NCBI GenBank assembly: GCA_041690395.1
Contig: JAWLHJ010000003.1
Location: 544,001-608,000, forward strand
DNA from: Longimicrobiales bacterium
GTDB lineage: Bacteria > Gemmatimonadota > Gemmatimonadetes > Longimicrobiales > Gaopeijiaceae
Direction: 5' to 3'
Length of the DNA: 64,000 bases
Both the position numbers and the translations under genes were made by a program. Shown here in pieces: positions 60,091 to 64,000 of this stretch; within the stretch, counting starts at the first letter, position 1, and every line of letters begins with the position of its first letter. Under the pieces are notes generated by a model. The model saw only the letters and a program-made list of their open reading frames with translations, had not been told where the DNA came from and ran no database searches.

Positions 60091-61688
60091 CGAGGAAGCG
60101 CGCAGTCGTGATCGGAAGTGGCTTCGGAGGACTCGCTCTAGCGGCGAGGCTCCAAGCCGCGGGCCTCGACGTCACGCTTCTGGAGAAGCGTGACCAAATC
60201 GGCGGGCGGGCGTACCAGCTACGAGACGGCGGGTACACGTTCGACATGGGTCCGAGCCTCATCACGGCCCCCGACATCATCGACTCGATTTTCAGGGCCG
60301 CGGGCCGACGACTCGAGGACTACGTCGATCTGATGCCGCTCGACCCCTATTACCGCATCTACTTCCACGACGGAACGCACATCGACTATACCGGGGACCA
60401 CGCCGAGATGAAGGCGCAGATGGCGCGCTTCAACCCGGGTGACGCGGAGAACCTCGACCGGTTCCTCGACGCGGTCCGCCCTATCTACGACGCGGTGATC
60501 GGCGACAAGCTGGGCTCGAAGCCGTTCGACACCATCGGGTCGATGATGCGCTTCCTCCCGCGCGTCGCGCGGCTCGGGGCGTACCTCCCGGTCACGACGT
60601 TCGTGAACCGGTTCTTCAAGGACTTCCGGCACCGCTTCATCTACTCGTTCCATCCGCTCTTCGTGGGGGGCAACCCGTTCGACACGCCCTCGATCTACCT
60701 CATGATCCCGTTTCTGGAGCGCGAAGGCGGGGTCTGGTTCACGAAGGGGGGGATGTACTCGGTCGTGGAGGCGCTCGGCCGGCTCCTCATCGAGCAGGGC
60801 GGACGCATCGAGACCGGCCGGGAGGTGCGCGAGATCGTGGTCCGTGACGGTCGCGCGGTCGGCGTGGAGACCGACGGCGGCCGAATCGACGCGGACGTCG
60901 TCGTGAGCAACGCCGACCCGGGCCACACGTACGGCTCGCTGGTGCCGGCAAGACACCGACGCCGCTGGACGGACGGCAAGCTGGCCCGCACCCAGTGGAG
61001 CATGAGCTGCTTCCTGCTCTACATCGGCACGCGCAGGCAGTACCCCAAACTGGCCCACCACACGCTGATCCTCACCGAGCGCTACGAGGGTCTACTCCGC
61101 GACATCTTCGGCGCCAAGGTCCTGCCCGACGACTTCTCGATGTACCTGCACGCGCCGACCCGGTCCGATCCGTCCATGGCACCCCCCGGGGGCGAGAGCA
61201 TGTACGTGCTCGTCCCGGTGGCGAATCAGGCCTCGGGTATCGACTGGAGCGCGCGCAAGCAGGAGTTCACGGACCGCGTGCTCGACGTTCTCGAGGATTG
61301 GGGGCTGGACGACCTGAGGGCCTCGATGGACGTGCTTCACGTCTTCACCCCCGACGACTTCGAGACGCAGCTTAACGCGACGCTCGGGAACGCGTTCGCG
61401 ATCGAGCCGCGCTTCACCCAGACAGCCTGGTTCCGCCCCCACAACCGGAGCGAGGACGTGGAGGGGCTCTATCTGGTAGGCGCGGGCACCCACCCCGGCG
61501 CCGGCGTCCCGGGCGTGCTGCTCAGCGCCGAAGCGACCTACGGCTGCGTCGCCGCCGACCTGGGGCTGCCGGACCAGTGGGACTGGGACGAGCCCGGCAG
61601 GGTGGCGCTCTACTCCACCACTTCGGGTGACGGGCCGTCTTCGACCCGGCCGAGCTGGAAGCGAAGCGATTCCTCGACGCCCTCGTAG
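60087..61688 (+). CDS. crtI: Phytoene desaturase
   Basis: VIGSGFGGL, GYTFDMGPSLIT, VGGNPF, FRPHNRS..GLYLVGAGTHPGAGVPGV. Confidence 0.95.
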   Translation: MTRKRAVVIGSGFGGLALAARLQAAGLDVTLLEKRDQIGGRAYQLRDGGYTFDMGPSLITAPDIIDSIFRAAGRRLEDYVDLMPLDPYYRIYFHDGTHIDYTGDHAEMKAQMARFNPGDAENLDRFLDAVRPIYDAVIGDKLGSKPFDTIGSMMRFLPRVARLGAYLPVTTFVNRFFKDFRHRFIYSFHPLFVGGNPFDTPSIYLMIPFLEREGGVWFTKGGMYSVVEALGRLLIEQGGRIETGREVREIVVRDGRAVGVETDGGRIDADVVVSNADPGHTYGSLVPARHRRRWTDGKLARTQWSMSCFLLYIGTRRQYPKLAHHTLILTERYEGLLRDIFGAKVLPDDFSMYLHAPTRSDPSMAPPGGESMYVLVPVANQASGIDWSARKQEFTDRVLDVLEDWGLDDLRASMDVLHVFTPDDFETQLNATLGNAFAIEPRFTQTAWFRPHNRSEDVEGLYLVGAGTHPGAGVPGVLLSAEATYGCVAADLGLPDQWDWDEPGRVALYSTTSGDGPSSTRPSWKRSDSSTPS

Positions 61689-63016
61689 GCGAACCGGAAG
61701 CCCAGCTCCGTCGCCTTCGCCGGCAGCACGCGCTGCCCCCAGAGGAGCGTCTCTTCGCCCATCTGCCCGAACGCGGCCTTCACCGCGAAGCCCGGGATGG
61801 GAATCACCGTGGGCCGGCCGAGGACGCGCCCCAGCGTCGACGTGAAGGTGGCGTTCGTGACCGGATGAGGGGACGTGGCGTTGACCGGTCCGCTGGCGGA
61901 CGGATCGTAAAGCAGGTGCAAGACGAGCGCGACGAGGTCGTCCAGGTCGATCCAGCTCATGTACTGCTCGCCCGAGCCGAGCCGCCCCCCGGCGCCCATC
62001 TTGAACGGAGTGAGCATCTCGCCGAGCGCGCCACCGGCCGGGCTCAGCACGACGCCCGTGCGCAGCCGCACCACCCGAACGCCCGCACGCTCGGCGGATC
62101 GCGTGGCCATCTCCCAGTCACGGCACACCTCGGCCAGGAAGCCCGTGCCGGCTTCGGCTCCCTCACGCAGCGTGGCCGAGCCGCGATTCCCGTAGAAGCC
62201 CACGGCCGAACCTGAAACGAGCGTCCGGGTTCCGCCCTTCAGCTCGGCCAGGGCGCGGGCCAGCAGCTCTGTGCCCTTGACCCGGCTCTCGCGGATGGCC
62301 TGCTTCCGCTCGTCGGTCCAGCGGCCGGGCGCAATCGGCTCGCCGGCCAGATGCACGACGGCATCGACCTCCGCGAGTCCATCGCGGTCGATCTCGCCGC
62401 GACTCGGACTCCAGTAGAGGTCGTCGGGGCCGAGCTCGTCCTTCCGTCGCACGAGCCGGACTACCCGGTGCCCTCCCGTCGTGAGGAACGCCGCGAGGTT
62501 CGAGCCGATCAGCCCGGAGGCTCCCGAGATGGCCACGGTCAGTCGGGGCCGGCCCTCGTGGGCCGCGTGGCGGTCCAGGTCCGTCTGGAGCCGACGGTGC
62601 CGGAACGCGAACATCCGGTCTAGCTCGTGCTCGACCATGGAGGGCACCACCGCCTGACCGGCGAAGCCCAGCGGCGCCTCGAAGTCGACCTCGTCCTCGA
62701 GCAGGGTCCCGCCGTCCTCGGTGGGGAGGAACCGATGCGTATGCTTCCACCGCTTCATCGGCCCGGAGATCTGCTCGTCCGAGAACGCCTGTCCTTCGAC
62801 GAAGTCCCGATGCCGGAGGTGCCAACGAAAGGTCGTCGGCCCTACGCCGACCTCGAGCTCCACCTCCGCGCCATCGCGTATCCCGCCCTCACGCCGGATC
62901 ACGCGGCTGTCGGCCCAAGGGGGTGTCAGCCGCTCCAGCGCCCCGGGGCGCTCGTGCCACGCGAAGACGTCCTTCGGTGCATGGCCTTCGACGATACCTC
63001 GGTAGGTCAGCTTCAA
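61610..63016 (-). CDS. TIGR01777 (YfcH-like) NAD-dependent epimerase with N-terminal SRPBCC domain
   Basis: FAWHERPGALERLTPPW, F.DEQ.SGP..W.HTHRF; GASGLIG, HLAGEPI, GSAVGFYG, LRTGVVL, MSWIDLDD; TTG start overlaps upstream stop. Confidence 0.9.
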   Translation of the reverse strand: MKLTYRGIVEGHAPKDVFAWHERPGALERLTPPWADSRVIRREGGIRDGAEVELEVGVGPTTFRWHLRHRDFVEGQAFSDEQISGPMKRWKHTHRFLPTEDGGTLLEDEVDFEAPLGFAGQAVVPSMVEHELDRMFAFRHRRLQTDLDRHAAHEGRPRLTVAISGASGLIGSNLAAFLTTGGHRVVRLVRRKDELGPDDLYWSPSRGEIDRDGLAEVDAVVHLAGEPIAPGRWTDERKQAIRESRVKGTELLARALAELKGGTRTLVSGSAVGFYGNRGSATLREGAEAGTGFLAEVCRDWEMATRSAERAGVRVVRLRTGVVLSPAGGALGEMLTPFKMGAGGRLGSGEQYMSWIDLDDLVALVLHLLYDPSASGPVNATSPHPVTNATFTSTLGRVLGRPTVIPIPGFAVKAAFGQMGEETLLWGQRVLPAKATELGFRFAYEGVEESLRFQLGRVEDGPSPEVVE

Positions 63017-63999
63017 CGGGTGTTCTCCAGCGAGGGAAAGATCTTTGCGAGGACATCGCCCAGCCCGTCGGGCACCTGCTCGACGGGCACCACGACCGTG
63101 GCCAGGTCCTCGAGCTTCGCACGGACCGCGGGCGGAACCGACGCGCCGGCCCACGCCACGACCGGAAGCCCCTGGTGCGCCCGGTCGCCCCGCACGCGCT
63201 CGAGCAGCTTCACGCCGGCCACGGCCGGAGGCGTCGCGTCGAGGAGCATGGCGTCCGGGACCTCCAGCCGCAGCTCCTCGATGGCCTCGGTCGCGTCGGG
63301 GGCCGTGAAGACGTTCATACCCTTGTCCTTGAGGAACATCACGAGCCGGTCGCGCGCGTCGCCGGGCTCGGCCACGACCAGGATCCGCCCCCCTCCTTCC
63401 TTCCGCATCAGGTGCCGCCAAACCACCCGGAGCAGGTCGTCCCGCTCGAAGGGCTTGGTAATGAGATCGACCGCACCGAGCAGCCTGCCCCGCCCTTCCC
63501 CCGCCACCACGCTGATCACGACGACCGGGATCTGCCTGAGATCCGGATCGGCCTTGATGCGCTTCAGCGCCTCCCAGCCGTTGAGGCCCGGCATGAGCAG
63601 ATCGAGCGTGATGAGGTCGGGTCGGTGGTCCTTCGCGGCAGCGATCCCTTCCTCCCCGCCCGACGCCGTCACGACCTGGCACCCGAACTCCTCGAGGTAG
63701 TGCTGGGCGAGAACGCGCGAGTCGCGCTCGTCGTCGACCACGAGGACCTTGAAGTCCTTCATCGCGGCGGAACGGCGGGGCTCCCCATCGCCGTGCACGA
63801 CGTCGGCCGTGCCGTTCCCGTCGAAGCTCCCGTCGTCGCCCGCGGAGGGCGCCATCGCCGCGGCGGCGAAATCCCGGGCCGTCGCCGGGGCCGCCTCCGC
63901 CGGATGCCGGCGAACCGACTCGACTCGCTCTTCCTCACGCACCGGCCGCCCCGCGCGCTCGCCCAGGACGATCCGGAAGGTCGATCCTTCTCCGACCTT
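63013..63999 (-). CDS. Hybrid histidine kinase, C-terminal part (end of HATPase plus two receiver domains); truncated by window edge
   Basis: Frame open to the edge reading KVGEGSTFRIVL; REC1 VLVVDDE..PDLITLDLLMPGLNGW..KP; degenerate REC2. Confidence 0.85.
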   Translation of the reverse strand, partial: KVGEGSTFRIVLGERAGRPVREEERVESVRRHPAEAAPATARDFAAAAMAPSAGDDGSFDGNGTADVVHGDGEPRRSAAMKDFKVLVVDDERDSRVLAQHYLEEFGCQVVTASGGEEGIAAAKDHRPDLITLDLLMPGLNGWEALKRIKADPDLRQIPVVVISVVAGEGRGRLLGAVDLITKPFERDDLLRVVWRHLMRKEGGGRILVVAEPGDARDRLVMFLKDKGMNVFTAPDATEAIEELRLEVPDAMLLDATPPAVAGVKLLERVRGDRAHQGLPVVAWAGASVPPAVRAKLEDLATVVVPVEQVPDGLGDVLAKIFPSLENTR

Positions 64000-64000
64000 G

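Noticed and set aside
1..64000. CRISPR arrays, tRNA/rRNA genes, IS elements, defence systems
   Set aside because: No spaced direct repeats, structural RNA signatures, transposases or recognisable defence domains seen; intergenic gaps are short

Overview
GC-rich (roughly 70%), gene-dense bacterial chromosomal segment with about 47 genes. The PadR plus duplicated-permease pair, cruF-type carotenoid cluster and outer-membrane proteins suggest a diderm, most plausibly Gemmatimonadota; this is inference only. No rRNA, tRNA, CRISPR array, transposase or integrase was seen. Main modules: (1) a signal-peptide protein with phage tail-tube (T4 gp19/Afp1-like) motifs behind a sigma54-type promoter, then a FabH-like synthase and a 2813-aa cyclic beta-1,2-glucan synthase; (2) a csbD-lipoprotein-yciF stress cluster; (3) TetR plus GT1, a stand-alone molybdopterin oxidoreductase and an HDAC-family deacetylase; (4) a complete quinohemoprotein amine dehydrogenase operon qhpG-A-D-C-B-F-E whose QhpC precursor has an extended leader and an extra Cys-x5-Asp; (5) a His/Cys-rich leader ORF ending in a QAPP arrest-like motif upstream of an OprC-like, Met-rich TonB-dependent receptor; (6) LuxR/methyltransferase and FAD oxidase genes; (7) a C39 peptidase-RimK-GCS2-formylglutamate hydrolase operon; (8) a B12-dependent CarH-like regulator heading cruF, a crtE-crtB fusion and crtI; (9) a truncated hybrid histidine kinase. 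All family calls come from motif recognition by eye; no database searches were run, and many start codons were re-chosen from the ORF track.
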